From contig CAYYHB010000004.1 of NCBI GenBank assembly GCA_964471395.1, forward strand, positions 529-64,528: a DNA stretch of 64,000 nucleotides. Direction: 5' to 3'. The notes under the pieces are model-generated. The model was not told the origin of the DNA, did no database searches, and saw only the letters and a program-made list of their open reading frames with translations. Position numbers and translations under genes: made by a program. Of this stretch, positions 54,469 through 63,683 are shown in pieces. The DNA is from an uncultured Burkholderiales bacterium. GTDB taxonomy: Bacteria; Vulcanimicrobiota; Xenobia; Xenobiales; QWHO01. Positions within the stretch are counted from its first letter, which is position 1; the number at the start of each line of letters is the position of its first letter.

Positions 54469-57284
54469 GCCTTGCCTCCCTGCTCACTCTCGCTCTGACG
54501 GTGGTCGGCCAGTCTCAAAATCGCCTCAAACCAGGCCAGGCCCCAGTAGCCATAACGGCTGACCATCTGCCAGAATCTGTCCGCCACTCCCGAATCCAAT
54601 CGGGCCAGTGCATGGTTCGCCGGTGCCGAGAAATGCTCGAATGCGACTCGCGTAGCGCTTGATTCCTCTACAAAAGGTGCGAACGGTCTACAGTGTCCGT
54701 GATGGGAGGCCACGAGGTGAAGCAATAGGTCCACGTCGTGGACAGCAATAGGGGAGGCGGCCAACAACATGGCCAATGATTGGCACTCATGCCGGCACCC
54801 TGGAGGGTATCCCGAGCGACTCGCAGCCAGGTCTCGCCTGGCCTTTGACAGCAGGCGAATGGTAGATTTGGCCAGTGGTTCTCCTGCATTGTCTGCGAGA
54901 TAGCGGTTGCCTCCCCAAAGCTTGGATTGAAAGCGGAAATCGGATTTGCCAATGTCGTGAACTAGGCCCGCCTGCCTCAGTAACTCTACCGTCTCAGGAG
55001 GACAGCCGAGTTTGCTCGCGTAATCAGCGGCTCTTCTGGCCACGCCTTGCAGATGCTCTCTGAGGGTTATCCCCGTTCCGTTGAAGGAAGCCTGGTCATC
55101 TTCCGTCGTGTTCCCGTCCCCACCGGTGCCGGTGCCTTCAAGTTGACTGACCCGACGCCCAGAAACGACTGCATATCCTTCGTCGATTCGTTGGACCCTG
55201 AGTGAGAGTGTTTGTCTTTTAAGTTCGGTGAGGATCTCGTCGAACGGTGGACCCCAATGGCTCTGCTGATCAAGCCACTCTTTGACGACTTGCCGATCAT
55301 CTGCGTCTTCATCCTCTTCCGAAGGAAGATTCGGCGGTGAGATCTCCGCGCCCAGAAGGCTTCGCAAGACCGAGGCGTTCAAACGTAGGCAAGGTCTACC
55401 ACGAACTCTGAATGAGGCCAGGTCGCCCAGATCTTGGACAGGTATCTCACTGCCAGGGTCCCAGTTCCCCTGACTCATGCCTCCATAGCTGGCTGGTATG
55501 ATCACGGTATCGCCCGGCGCCAGTTTCTGCTGTGGGGGCCGTATCACTGCGGAGTCATCCCCTCGCCAAAGGAAGTAGGGCCGGGCGGGACGGTCCGCGG
55601 GGGCTGCCTCATCCCCGTCTGACTCACTGGCCCCTTCCACATCGGCAATGCGAGGCTCACTAAGACCCGCAAGCCAGCGACGTACCGCCACATAAGGCAC
55701 TGGCATAGCCTCGCCGGTGGAAGGCGCGACCGACTCGACGATGGACTTCACCAGTTCATCTTGAGATTCGTCGGATAAAAGCTCTTGAGTGAGGTCAGCT
55801 CGCCACACCACGAGGCAGTCTGCTGGCCCGCTCCGCGGCCCGTGCAGCCAGAGTGCGATGTCAGGATCAGGTATGGGCGCAGGGGATGTTTGTACCCAAG
55901 CGTCCAGGTGCGAGGGAAGAAGGACTGGGGCCGTTGCCCTTGGGCTTGCGAGCTCAGGCGCTGATGTCGTGGGCAATCCTGACCAGCCAAAATCAATTCC
56001 GGGTTGCATCTTGAGCCATTGCCAGGTTTCCTTGAGGGCTTCGCCGTAGATTGGGTCCTTCTTCAATGAGTCTGATGAGGCGACAATGACGGCACGCGTG
56101 GGGGACGTTGCTTCGCCAAAACGGTTGAGTCGGCCAAAACGCTGCCGCAACGCATCCAGGCTTGCGCACTCAGTGACCAAACCATCGAAGTCAAAGTCCG
56201 CTCCCGCCTCAATGCACTGAGTGGCGACCACAACGAGTCGCTGGCTGGATTGATCGCGCTCTCGGCCTCCCTCAACCAGAGGCCTGAGGCGCTGCTCAAG
56301 CGCATCGCGGTCAATAGGACGCATCCTACCAGTAACCAGGACTACATTGAAATCATTCTCGTGCGAGCTTAGCAGCTGAGCAATGGCACGTGCGCTCTGA
56401 ACGCGGTTGACCACCACGAGAACCCTGACGCCTTGGGGTTTGAGCATTCTGAGTGCTTCGGCTGCAACAGTACTTGCGAGTTTAGCACTCGAAGATTCTT
56501 TCAGTTCTGCCGGCTTGGATGCGCCGAGCCGGCGGGCAAGCGTCCCATTGCGTCGGTCCTCCTGATCTAGTCGAAAGGTGGAGGCACGGCTCTCACCGGA
56601 GGTTGCCGACATCTGGACGAGTTGGAATGGAGTGCGGGGCACCTGTTTTCCCCAGGTCCTGTAGAGAGACTCGATCTCCAAGAGCGTCTGGCAGAATGGC
56701 TGCGATAGATGCACCTCATCCAAGAGATAAAGCGCATCGTTCCCAAGTAGACCGGCGTGGACCGGGCGCATACTGCGCGACACACCGTACCCTCGAAAGA
56801 GGAGGCGGGAACCAACTTGGTCGACCGTGGAGACTGCGATGAGTGGCTGGGCAGGATTGCGTGCCCAACTGTCGCTGCGAGGAATTCCACCTCGCAGGAG
56901 CGCAATTTCCAGGGCGGGCCCCTCGCCAGACAGCTCTCGGAGCCTGGTGCGAACCTGGGCCAAGACTCCTGACTCGGCAGAGTTTAGTTGCGCAAGTATG
57001 TGTCTGGCCCGATCATAGGCTTGATCAACAATGGTCCTTCTGTCTACCACGTAGAGGATTCGAATTGGGGCCGAGCGCTCCGGGTTCTTGGCTTGGAGCG
57101 CGAGATGAAACAATGCGATGTCCAGGGCTGCTGTTTTTCCCGTCCCTGTAGGGAGGTCGAGGAGGTCCGGCCAAACGCCGGTGCTTGCTAACTGACTTGC
57201 GAGCCTCTGCTGCCACGGGAACGGAGGGTATCCATACAGGGTTTGAAAAAAACTGGGGAAATCTTCCGGTCTCAAGACCGCCAT
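54465..57284 (-). CDS. cas3: CRISPR-associated helicase-nuclease Cas3 with a C-terminal HD domain (type I-G/I-U architecture)
   Basis: Motif I LPTGTGKT, motif II LLDEVH, further SF2 helicase motifs. HD nuclease at the C-terminus (LREHLQGV.., GLVHDIGKSDFRFQ, LVASHHGH; about 54468-55090). Confidence 0.9.
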   Translation of the reverse strand: MAVLRPEDFPSFFQTLYGYPPFPWQQRLASQLASTGVWPDLLDLPTGTGKTAALDIALFHLALQAKNPERSAPIRILYVVDRRTIVDQAYDRARHILAQLNSAESGVLAQVRTRLRELSGEGPALEIALLRGGIPRSDSWARNPAQPLIAVSTVDQVGSRLLFRGYGVSRSMRPVHAGLLGNDALYLLDEVHLSQPFCQTLLEIESLYRTWGKQVPRTPFQLVQMSATSGESRASTFRLDQEDRRNGTLARRLGASKPAELKESSSAKLASTVAAEALRMLKPQGVRVLVVVNRVQSARAIAQLLSSHENDFNVVLVTGRMRPIDRDALEQRLRPLVEGGRERDQSSQRLVVVATQCIEAGADFDFDGLVTECASLDALRQRFGRLNRFGEATSPTRAVIVASSDSLKKDPIYGEALKETWQWLKMQPGIDFGWSGLPTTSAPELASPRATAPVLLPSHLDAWVQTSPAPIPDPDIALWLHGPRSGPADCLVVWRADLTQELLSDESQDELVKSIVESVAPSTGEAMPVPYVAVRRWLAGLSEPRIADVEGASESDGDEAAPADRPARPYFLWRGDDSAVIRPPQQKLAPGDTVIIPASYGGMSQGNWDPGSEIPVQDLGDLASFRVRGRPCLRLNASVLRSLLGAEISPPNLPSEEDEDADDRQVVKEWLDQQSHWGPPFDEILTELKRQTLSLRVQRIDEGYAVVSGRRVSQLEGTGTGGDGNTTEDDQASFNGTGITLREHLQGVARRAADYASKLGCPPETVELLRQAGLVHDIGKSDFRFQSKLWGGNRYLADNAGEPLAKSTIRLLSKARRDLAASRSGYPPGCRHECQSLAMLLAASPIAVHDVDLLLHLVASHHGHCRPFAPFVEESSATRVAFEHFSAPANHALARLDSGVADRFWQMVSRYGYWGLAWFEAILRLADHRQSESEQGGKA

Positions 57285-58936
57285 GGCTTTGACTCCTCGG
57301 TTTGTGGCCAGAAGAGGCCCAGGCCCAGATATCGGCCTGCGCCCAGTAGGATGGGCCCTATGACAGGTTCTTGGAAGCGGATCTTGGCGTGAGTAAGAAC
57401 TCGTCGAGTTCGCCCTGGCTCGGACGGAAACGGACGAAAGGCGCGGGCCTTGGTCGAGCCGGGTAGAGGGGCATGAGGCATTACTTCGATTTCGGCCGGG
57501 GCTGGCAGACCAAGCCTTAGGATCGAATCTCGAATGGTCAGCTTTGCTTCCTCAATGGCTCTAGCCAATTTGGCTTGATCCCGAGTGGCGAGATCTCCGG
57601 GATTTCGGTCAAGAGCTACGGGGCTGCTTGAAAGCCAGATGCGCGAGGGACCGCACCAAGTCTTCTCCAAAAGCGTTCTCGCTGCTGACTCCGTGTCAAG
57701 TCTGCGCACAATCCAGACTCCGACGTTCCCGAGGTTTACCGGAAGGCTGGGAAGGTCTTGCTCATCGTCTCTGTTGCGGTTTTCCTTCTCCCAGCTTCGA
57801 AGCGCCTCGCCGAGGTTGGCCCGTTCAGGGTCAGAAAGATCTCTGGGTGGCACAATGGCGAATCCGAGCAAATGACCGGTTGCCTGGTAAGATGCCACTA
57901 GAGGTAGAGGTACGATGGCTACGTGATCTCGCTCGCTGGTTGAGCCGTCAGCCTGATGGCCAGAAATGACCTCAGGAATCGGCTTTGGATAGTACCGGAG
58001 CAGCACTTTACGAATGATCCTGGCCAGGCCGACCAGCGATGTCTGCGGGAGTCGAGGCCCATCAATACGCCGAAAAGTCAGCCAGGAATCAGAAAAACAT
58101 GAGCAGGGAAATGACAGGGCTTTGGGCTCTACAGGTTTAGCGTAGGTCGCGAATCTGGCAGGCATTACTCTTGGCTCGGTTTCACGGTGACGTTCGTAAG
58201 ACCGCATCAAAGCACAGAGTTGGCCCTCGCGAGTCACGCGCAAGAGCATCCCACCCTCTGGATCAGGAACGTAGGTTGGCTGGCCTGGATCATCTACAAG
58301 TCGGGCCGAGACAAGCGATGAAGAGTGGCCAAGTCTGACAAGTCGAGCCAGCAACCCGTCAAGAATTCGCTGCTGTTCCAAGTTCGGCTCGATATCTGGC
58401 CAGGCAAATGTTACAACTGGCACTTCCGGAGTCACGGAGGGAAAGGAGCGCGGCTGACGGATTCGACTCTCGGGGAGAACATGCGTTGCGCTGATGGCCC
58501 CCCCGACTGTCGGCTTCGTTACTGGTGCAACGACTTTCAGTATCTTGTCTGCGAGCTTCTTCTCCAGTTTCTGCAGATTCTTGGCCAGGGAATCCCGTTC
58601 TTTTAACGACTGTGAGGCATTCAGAGCGTGGCGGGCCTGATCGACAAGCGCCTGGTCTTCATCGAGGTTCGATATCGTGTAGCAATCGTTCACCGGAACG
58701 AAGACAGTTACGGCCTCACGTTCAGTGCAGGATGAGGCGTTGATCAGAGGGAAACCGAGGCCCTCCAGCCACTCGAGTGCAGCCAATTCATTGTTGTCTC
58801 CTCCGCTCTCGAAGCAAGTGGCTACAAGAGCGGAGTAGAGCCTGGCCGGATGAGGAGGCCACTCGCCTCTTCGTCGATCATTGAATGCTGTAGCAGTATA
58901 GCGGCCTGTAAGTAGCGTGATCTCGATGGCGAGCAT
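57272..58936 (-). CDS. csb2: CRISPR-associated Csb2 (GSU0054-family Cas5/Cas6-type fusion)
   Basis: The N-terminus MLAIEITLLTGRYTATAFNDRRRGEWPPHPARLYSALVA matches the remembered GSU0054-family signature (..GRYHAT..EWPPSP.RLF.AL). 554 aa, positioned between csb1 and cas3. Confidence 0.8.
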   Translation of the reverse strand: MLAIEITLLTGRYTATAFNDRRRGEWPPHPARLYSALVATCFESGGDNNELAALEWLEGLGFPLINASSCTEREAVTVFVPVNDCYTISNLDEDQALVDQARHALNASQSLKERDSLAKNLQKLEKKLADKILKVVAPVTKPTVGGAISATHVLPESRIRQPRSFPSVTPEVPVVTFAWPDIEPNLEQQRILDGLLARLVRLGHSSSLVSARLVDDPGQPTYVPDPEGGMLLRVTREGQLCALMRSYERHRETEPRVMPARFATYAKPVEPKALSFPCSCFSDSWLTFRRIDGPRLPQTSLVGLARIIRKVLLRYYPKPIPEVISGHQADGSTSERDHVAIVPLPLVASYQATGHLLGFAIVPPRDLSDPERANLGEALRSWEKENRNRDDEQDLPSLPVNLGNVGVWIVRRLDTESAARTLLEKTWCGPSRIWLSSSPVALDRNPGDLATRDQAKLARAIEEAKLTIRDSILRLGLPAPAEIEVMPHAPLPGSTKARAFRPFPSEPGRTRRVLTHAKIRFQEPVIGPILLGAGRYLGLGLFWPQTEESKPWRS

Positions 58937-60214
58937 TTACTCGGCCGCTTCTTCGCCCACAGCCTTCAGTTCTCGGCTTACTCTGATCAGGCCAGCGAGC
59001 TTAGGAGCGGGCTTCAGCTTCATCGGGCCGGGTGACCATCCAAGCCCAACAATGGATGCCTCATGAGCAGCCTGCTTGAGCAAGTTGGAAGCTTGCGCTG
59101 CGTCAAGCGAGAACTTACGCTGACTCCCATCTCTCCCGAGCAACTCAAGAACAAGAGGGTCCTTGGCAATTAGGAGCGAGCGAGACCGAAGGTCATAGTC
59201 GTTCTCGCGGTGGTATACGATAGCCGCCAGGGCTAGCGCAGCCAGGGCCGTACGACCTGACAATTCCGCCGCAGGGCGATCTGAATCCTGGTAACGTTCC
59301 CCAGCTACACTTGACTGAAAGCGCAGTCTCCTTAGGGCCGGCAGCGAAAGTACCATAGTCTGAACCGCGTGGTCAAAGGTTACGCCGCCAGCTTCGGAGT
59401 CGATCGTTGGTGGAATATTCCCGTGGTTTATGACTGCTGGTGTACCTTTCTCTCCCTTGGTCCTACCGAAGAGCTTAGGAGTCCCCTTCTCAGAAGCTGC
59501 TTCGGCCGAAACAGTCGTCCAGTCATTGGGGTCCGACTTGGACTCGTAGACCGTTCCAGCCTTTCGCTCGATTCCGGCCGGGTCGATGCGACTAGCAGTC
59601 TTGACGCCAGGGACCGCGCCATAAGCAACGATCTCGGATACTAGGCAGCGCTGGAATTTCGAGCCTAGACCTCCTTTGGGGCCGGTTGAGTCCCAGCATC
59701 CAAAAATCAGAGCGGTAGGACAAGTCTTATACATCCCGGTGCAGTTATCGGGGCGACTCTCTGAGAACGCTCTCCCTGTCTCAGTTTGACGAAAGGGGAC
59801 TCCCTGACTGTCAACACTGTCACGCAAGAGCGCGTCAGCTATTCGATGGGGGGCTTCCAGAGAAGTAATTCGGTCGAGGTCGGCCAGTTCCGGATATTCG
59901 GAAAAGTCCACTTCAATGAGGGGAAAGACGCGCAACTTATCGGTCCGCCAGCCTTCAAGCAACGCTTCTTCCATCCGATTCGCCTGCGAGGCGACCGAGT
60001 CCAGCAATACCGTTTGGACAGCATCGCCGTTAATTCGCCGTTCCTCCATCGCATACTTGGTAGAACTACGCCCCTCTTTCAGGTAAGTAGGAGGAAACAC
60101 TTTGTCCCCCGGGCCGCCGGCGGGTTCAAGGCGGGTGATGGCCCGGATGGCTGCAACTTCCCCGCCTACGGCCGCTCTAAGAGTGTCAAGATCAAGGCTC
60201 GGGTATTGAGTCAT
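58937..60214 (-). CDS. csb1: CRISPR-associated Csb1 (GSU0053-family Cas7 backbone subunit)
   Basis: LEPAGGPGDKVFPPTY and VLLDSVASQANRMEEAL match the remembered GSU0053-family signature. 425 aa, first gene of the operon. Confidence 0.8.
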   Translation of the reverse strand: MTQYPSLDLDTLRAAVGGEVAAIRAITRLEPAGGPGDKVFPPTYLKEGRSSTKYAMEERRINGDAVQTVLLDSVASQANRMEEALLEGWRTDKLRVFPLIEVDFSEYPELADLDRITSLEAPHRIADALLRDSVDSQGVPFRQTETGRAFSESRPDNCTGMYKTCPTALIFGCWDSTGPKGGLGSKFQRCLVSEIVAYGAVPGVKTASRIDPAGIERKAGTVYESKSDPNDWTTVSAEAASEKGTPKLFGRTKGEKGTPAVINHGNIPPTIDSEAGGVTFDHAVQTMVLSLPALRRLRFQSSVAGERYQDSDRPAAELSGRTALAALALAAIVYHRENDYDLRSRSLLIAKDPLVLELLGRDGSQRKFSLDAAQASNLLKQAAHEASIVGLGWSPGPMKLKPAPKLAGLIRVSRELKAVGEEAAE

Positions 60215-60356
60215 AGAGGTCTACCCCATTGTCTCAAGATCTAGCATAGCAAAAGGGTTCCTCATTGCATCTGCTAGGCACGGAGTTGACAGAAAGGTAT
60301 CATCCCCCGGTGAACTGTTGACTGTGACGCCGGTCGACTTACTCCTGCGGAAGAAA

Positions 60357-60393
60357 TCATCCGGTGTCAATGAACCTCATTGACACCGGATGA
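60357..60393 (-). terminator. Perfect 17-bp hairpin terminator immediately after the 77-aa ORF
   Basis: tcatccggtgtcaatga (60357-60373), loop acc, tcattgacaccggatga (60377-60393). On the reverse strand it is followed by TTTCTTCC. It starts 4 nt after the ORF stop (60398-60400). Confidence 0.7.
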
Positions 60394-60397
60394 CCTC

Positions 60398-60631
60398 TCA
60401 TGCCACTGACTTCAACAGGCTGTCTCGGCGACGCGCTTCCTTCGAGACCCAACGCTGAAAACTGGACGGGTTTGGCCACGCCCGACTCAAAAACGCTCTA
60501 GTTGGCATTGCGCCAGCCGGGTAAAGTTCTTCGGCCCAGAGAAATTGAATGTTTTTGTAATCAGGCCGAAATTGTTTGGTCCAGAAGTGCTCATCGCTGA
60601 GCGAGTGAAGCCATTCACGGAATTCTGCCAT
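60398..60631 (-). CDS. Orphan small protein (77 aa) between the two cas operons
   Basis: ATG preceded by tggagtag (GGAG 7 nt upstream). Trp/Phe-rich, with normal residue diversity. Followed by its own strong terminator. Sits in a lower-GC stretch. No family recognised. Confidence 0.5.
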   Translation of the reverse strand: MAEFREWLHSLSDEHFWTKQFRPDYKNIQFLWAEELYPAGAMPTRAFLSRAWPNPSSFQRWVSKEARRRDSLLKSVA

Positions 60632-60711
60632 GCGACTACTCCATTCTGCAGGAGAAGCCTAGGAAGTGTTCAACTTCCTAAGGTATAGAGGCAGCTAATC
60701 CTGCTGATACT

Positions 60712-60744
60712 AGGCTCGCGTTACAGCGCGAGCCTTCTTTTGTT
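60712..60744 (+). terminator. Orphan plus-strand rho-independent terminator in the cas intergenic region
   Basis: aggctcgcg (60712-60720) / cgcgagcct (60727-60735), loop ttacag, followed by tcttttgtt. No plus-strand protein gene ends upstream of it. Confidence 0.55.
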
Positions 60745-61325
60745 GGGTCAAGAGTTACCAATCAATCAACCTAAACACTGGGATCTCCCAATCTTCAACG
60801 GGGCTTGACCCAGCATGAGTTTAGCATGGTGGCCACGCTGTGTCAAAACTGGGATCACCCAAGAAGTTATTTGTGATGTCGTCCCTGGGCGGATCGGCGT
60901 CAATGTTCTGCTGAGAACTAGCTGCAAATCTGCGGGTTGCGGTATGTGCCGGTCGGGATCGAATGTTCGCACGATGGACCAGCATGCCGAGGTCAGAGAG
61001 CTTCTGGCCGAACTGAAGCACTGCGCGAGGAGAACGCCATATTGCACGCGGGGTTGGCTGACCTCAACCAGCGTCATGAGCTGACGGAGGCGATGCTGCT
61101 CGAGGCAGAGCGTGCGCCGAAGCATGCCGGACCCGACCCCAGACGAAGCCTCGAGATCGCGTCCGAAGGCCAGAATACAAGCGTTACCGCATTCGCGACA
61201 GCCTCGCTTGACACGCATCAGAAATGGGGTCTGCACGCTACCTCAATAAGTTTGTATTCTATTCAACAGGGCTTATGAATTGCACGACGGAATCCGTTGC
61301 TGAGATCGTGGGGGAGGATGCTCGG

Positions 61326-63149
61326 ATGTCAGAAACCCGGCCCAGTGAAGACGTTGACAAGGGTCGGCTTGAGGCCGAGTTAACGGTAAGCCTGCCCCGG
61401 GGTCTTGGCGCCGACGCAGTGCTGCCTTCCACGAGCTCAGAGGACCCGTTGCGGATGGTCAGCCGAATGGCCAACTTGAAGCAGGACGCGATTCCTGGTG
61501 CAGCTCCAGAGCTGCTCCCGGTGCGAATGCTCAATGAGTTCGTGTACTGTCCTCGCCTGGCTTATCTCGAGTGGGTTCAGGGCGAATGGCAGGAGAATGC
61601 GGATACGGTCGAGGGGACCTTCGTGCATCGACGAGTGGATACTCAGTCCGGCCGTTTGCCCGAGCCTTCTGCCGAGGGCGATGAAAGCCCACCGCTCAAG
61701 GTTCGTAGCCTCAAGCTAGAAGCTCCCCGGTTGGGGATTCTGGCCGTGATGGACCTGGTCGAGGCCGAGGGTGGCGAGGCTGTGCCCATTGACTTCAAGC
61801 GAGGCAAGCCGCCCGATAACGCTCACCGCGCCTGGGATCCGGAGCGTGTCCAGGTCTGTGCTCAGGCCCTGATTCTCCGGGAGAATGGTTGGAAATGTGA
61901 GCGAGGAATGCTCTACTTCACTGAAGCACGCCAGAGGGTCGAGATTCCGATTGACCAGGAGCTGCTGCGCCTGACCATGGATGCCATAGGCCAGGCTCGC
62001 AGCGTGCTCGCCTCGCCGATGATTCCGCCACCGCTCCTGAATAGTCCCCGTTGTCCCAGGTGCTCTCTGGTCGAGATCTGTCAGCCTGATGAGGTGAACT
62101 TTGTGGCCGGCCGGTTGGATGGGTCTGTGCGGCGTCTTGTACCTCCCCTTGCAGAGGCCCTACCGCTCTATGTTCAGGAGCAGGGATACTCGGTCGGGGT
62201 TTCAGGGGAGGTTCTCGAAGTTCGTGAGCGGGGCAAGAGAATCGGCGAGGCTCGCTTGCTGGATACTTCGCAAGTCTGCCTGCGAGGTAACGCCCAGATC
62301 TCTACCCAGGCGATTCGCGCCGTAGCCGACCGAGGCATCCCGATTTGCTACCTGACTTACGGAGGGTGGCTTGCGGCGGTGACCACCGGCATGACCCACA
62401 AGAATATCCACCTGCGCCAGAGCCAGTTCCGTGCCGCCTTTGATAGCGAGCGAAGTCTTGAGTTGGCCCGCCAGTTTGTGTGGGCGAAGATCCGTAACTG
62501 TCGGACCATGGTGATGCGCAACGCCCGTGACCTGGACCCAGCTGTGCCATTGGAGTTGAAGCGCCTCGGCTCGGCCGCTCGAGCCGCCAGTTCGGTTGAG
62601 TCGTTGCTGGGTATCGAGGGGATGGCAGCTCGGGTCTATTTTTCTCAGTTTGGATCGATGCTCAAGAAGCCGATCGAGGGCTACGACTTTGATGGCCGGA
62701 ACCGGCGTCCGCCGCGGGACCCGGTAAATGCTCTCCTTTCCTACATGTATTCCCTGATGACCAAAGATTTTACGGTAGCGGCTCTATCCATTGGACTTGA
62801 CCCCTACCAGGGGTTCTTTCACCAGCCGCGCTATGGTCGGCCATCACTATCGTTGGATCTGATGGAGGAGTTTCGACCGTTGCTGGGTGACTCGACTGTC
62901 CTGACGTTGCTGAATAATGGAATCGTGGATGGCGATAACTTTACCCGCTCAGGTGGCGCTGTCTATCTCAGCAGTGCCGGTCGCCGAGCAGCAATCCAGG
63001 CTTATGAGCGACGACTGGATACCCCGATCGTCCATCCCGTCTTCGGCTACAAGATTTCCTACCGCCGTGTAATGCTCGTGCAGGTACGCCTCCTGGGCCG
63101 ATTTCTACAGGGCGAGATCGATCACTATCCGGCCTTCGTCACGCGCTGA
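61326..63149 (+). CDS. cas4/cas1: Cas4-Cas1 fusion protein (adaptation module)
   Basis: ATG 61326, preceded by gggggagg (ORF 61224..63149). Cas4 part: [30 protein letters not shown] (four-Cys cluster, RecB-like motifs). Cas1 part: the acidic/His catalytic contexts in [32 protein letters not shown] and DLMEEFRP. Confidence 0.9.
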   Translation: MSETRPSEDVDKGRLEAELTVSLPRGLGADAVLPSTSSEDPLRMVSRMANLKQDAIPGAAPELLPVRMLNEFVYCPRLAYLEWVQGEWQENADTVEGTFVHRRVDTQSGRLPEPSAEGDESPPLKVRSLKLEAPRLGILAVMDLVEAEGGEAVPIDFKRGKPPDNAHRAWDPERVQVCAQALILRENGWKCERGMLYFTEARQRVEIPIDQELLRLTMDAIGQARSVLASPMIPPPLLNSPRCPRCSLVEICQPDEVNFVAGRLDGSVRRLVPPLAEALPLYVQEQGYSVGVSGEVLEVRERGKRIGEARLLDTSQVCLRGNAQISTQAIRAVADRGIPICYLTYGGWLAAVTTGMTHKNIHLRQSQFRAAFDSERSLELARQFVWAKIRNCRTMVMRNARDLDPAVPLELKRLGSAARAASSVESLLGIEGMAARVYFSQFGSMLKKPIEGYDFDGRNRRPPRDPVNALLSYMYSLMTKDFTVAALSIGLDPYQGFFHQPRYGRPSLSLDLMEEFRPLLGDSTVLTLLNNGIVDGDNFTRSGGAVYLSSAGRRAAIQAYERRLDTPIVHPVFGYKISYRRVMLVQVRLLGRFLQGEIDHYPAFVTR

Positions 63150-63445
63150 TGCGGGGAGACTTCATCGTAACATACGACATCTGCGATCCCACTCGACTGC
63201 GGCAGGTCTTCAAGACGATGAAGGGTTACGGGGACCACCTCCAATACTCTGTCTTTCGGTGCGCGTTAGACCGGACGAGATTCACTCTCCTGAAGCAGGC
63301 CCTGCTGGACATCATCAACGAATGGGAAGACCAGGTGTTGTTCATCTACCTGGGACCGGTCAGCGAAAGATCTCACAAGAAACGTCGGATTCGTTCCATC
63401 GGAAGGCCTATGGATACCCTGGTTCGTGAGGTCAAGATTTTTTGA
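63149..63445 (+). CDS. cas2: CRISPR-associated endoribonuclease Cas2
   Basis: 98 aa. [42 protein letters not shown]. Start overlaps the cas1 stop (TGATG). Confidence 0.9.
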   Translation: MRGDFIVTYDICDPTRLRQVFKTMKGYGDHLQYSVFRCALDRTRFTLLKQALLDIINEWEDQVLFIYLGPVSERSHKKRRIRSIGRPMDTLVREVKIF

Positions 63446-63683
63446 GCTGGACGATCTTTGACAACAGAATCGATCATGAGTCGGTTAGGACCAGTTTCCT
63501 GTGCGAGCGCGGCGAGAGCCGAATACCCTCCGGTCGCGCTCGCATTGCTTTCCCCGACAGGCTTGGCGACCATTGCGTCCGACCCCAACAGGCTGTTTTG
63601 GATGGGACGTGGAATGGCCTGGCAAGCGGCGCTCGCAGATGTCTCGGCAAACCCGCGCGGTTTGTGGGACGGCGTCGGGCGCT
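63446..63683 (+). promoter_or_regulatory. CRISPR leader
   Basis: 238-nt non-coding stretch between cas2 and the first repeat. The repeat orientation (3' ATTGAAGC) fits transcription from this side. Confidence 0.6.

Noticed and set aside
60815-61278. Two + frame ORFs that together read MDQHAEVRELLAELK / ALREENAILHAGLADLNQRHELTEAMLLEAERA, resembling the leucine-zipper N-terminus of IS66/IS3-type transposase genes with a frameshift; also the minus ORF 60766..61236.
   Set aside because: This is only a short heptad-like stretch. I found no DDE or HTH motif, no terminal inverted repeats and no target duplication. A coiled-coil-like string can arise by chance, so it is too weak to call a mobile-element remnant without a database search.
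63598-63627. Leader segment ttttggatgggacgtggaatggcctggcaagc with scattered similarity to the CRISPR repeat (ggat, cgtgg, t-g-aagc), possibly an ancient degenerate repeat.
   Set aside because: Similarity needs several gaps, and its spacing to repeat 1 (56 nt) does not fit the array period. It is indistinguishable from chance by eye.
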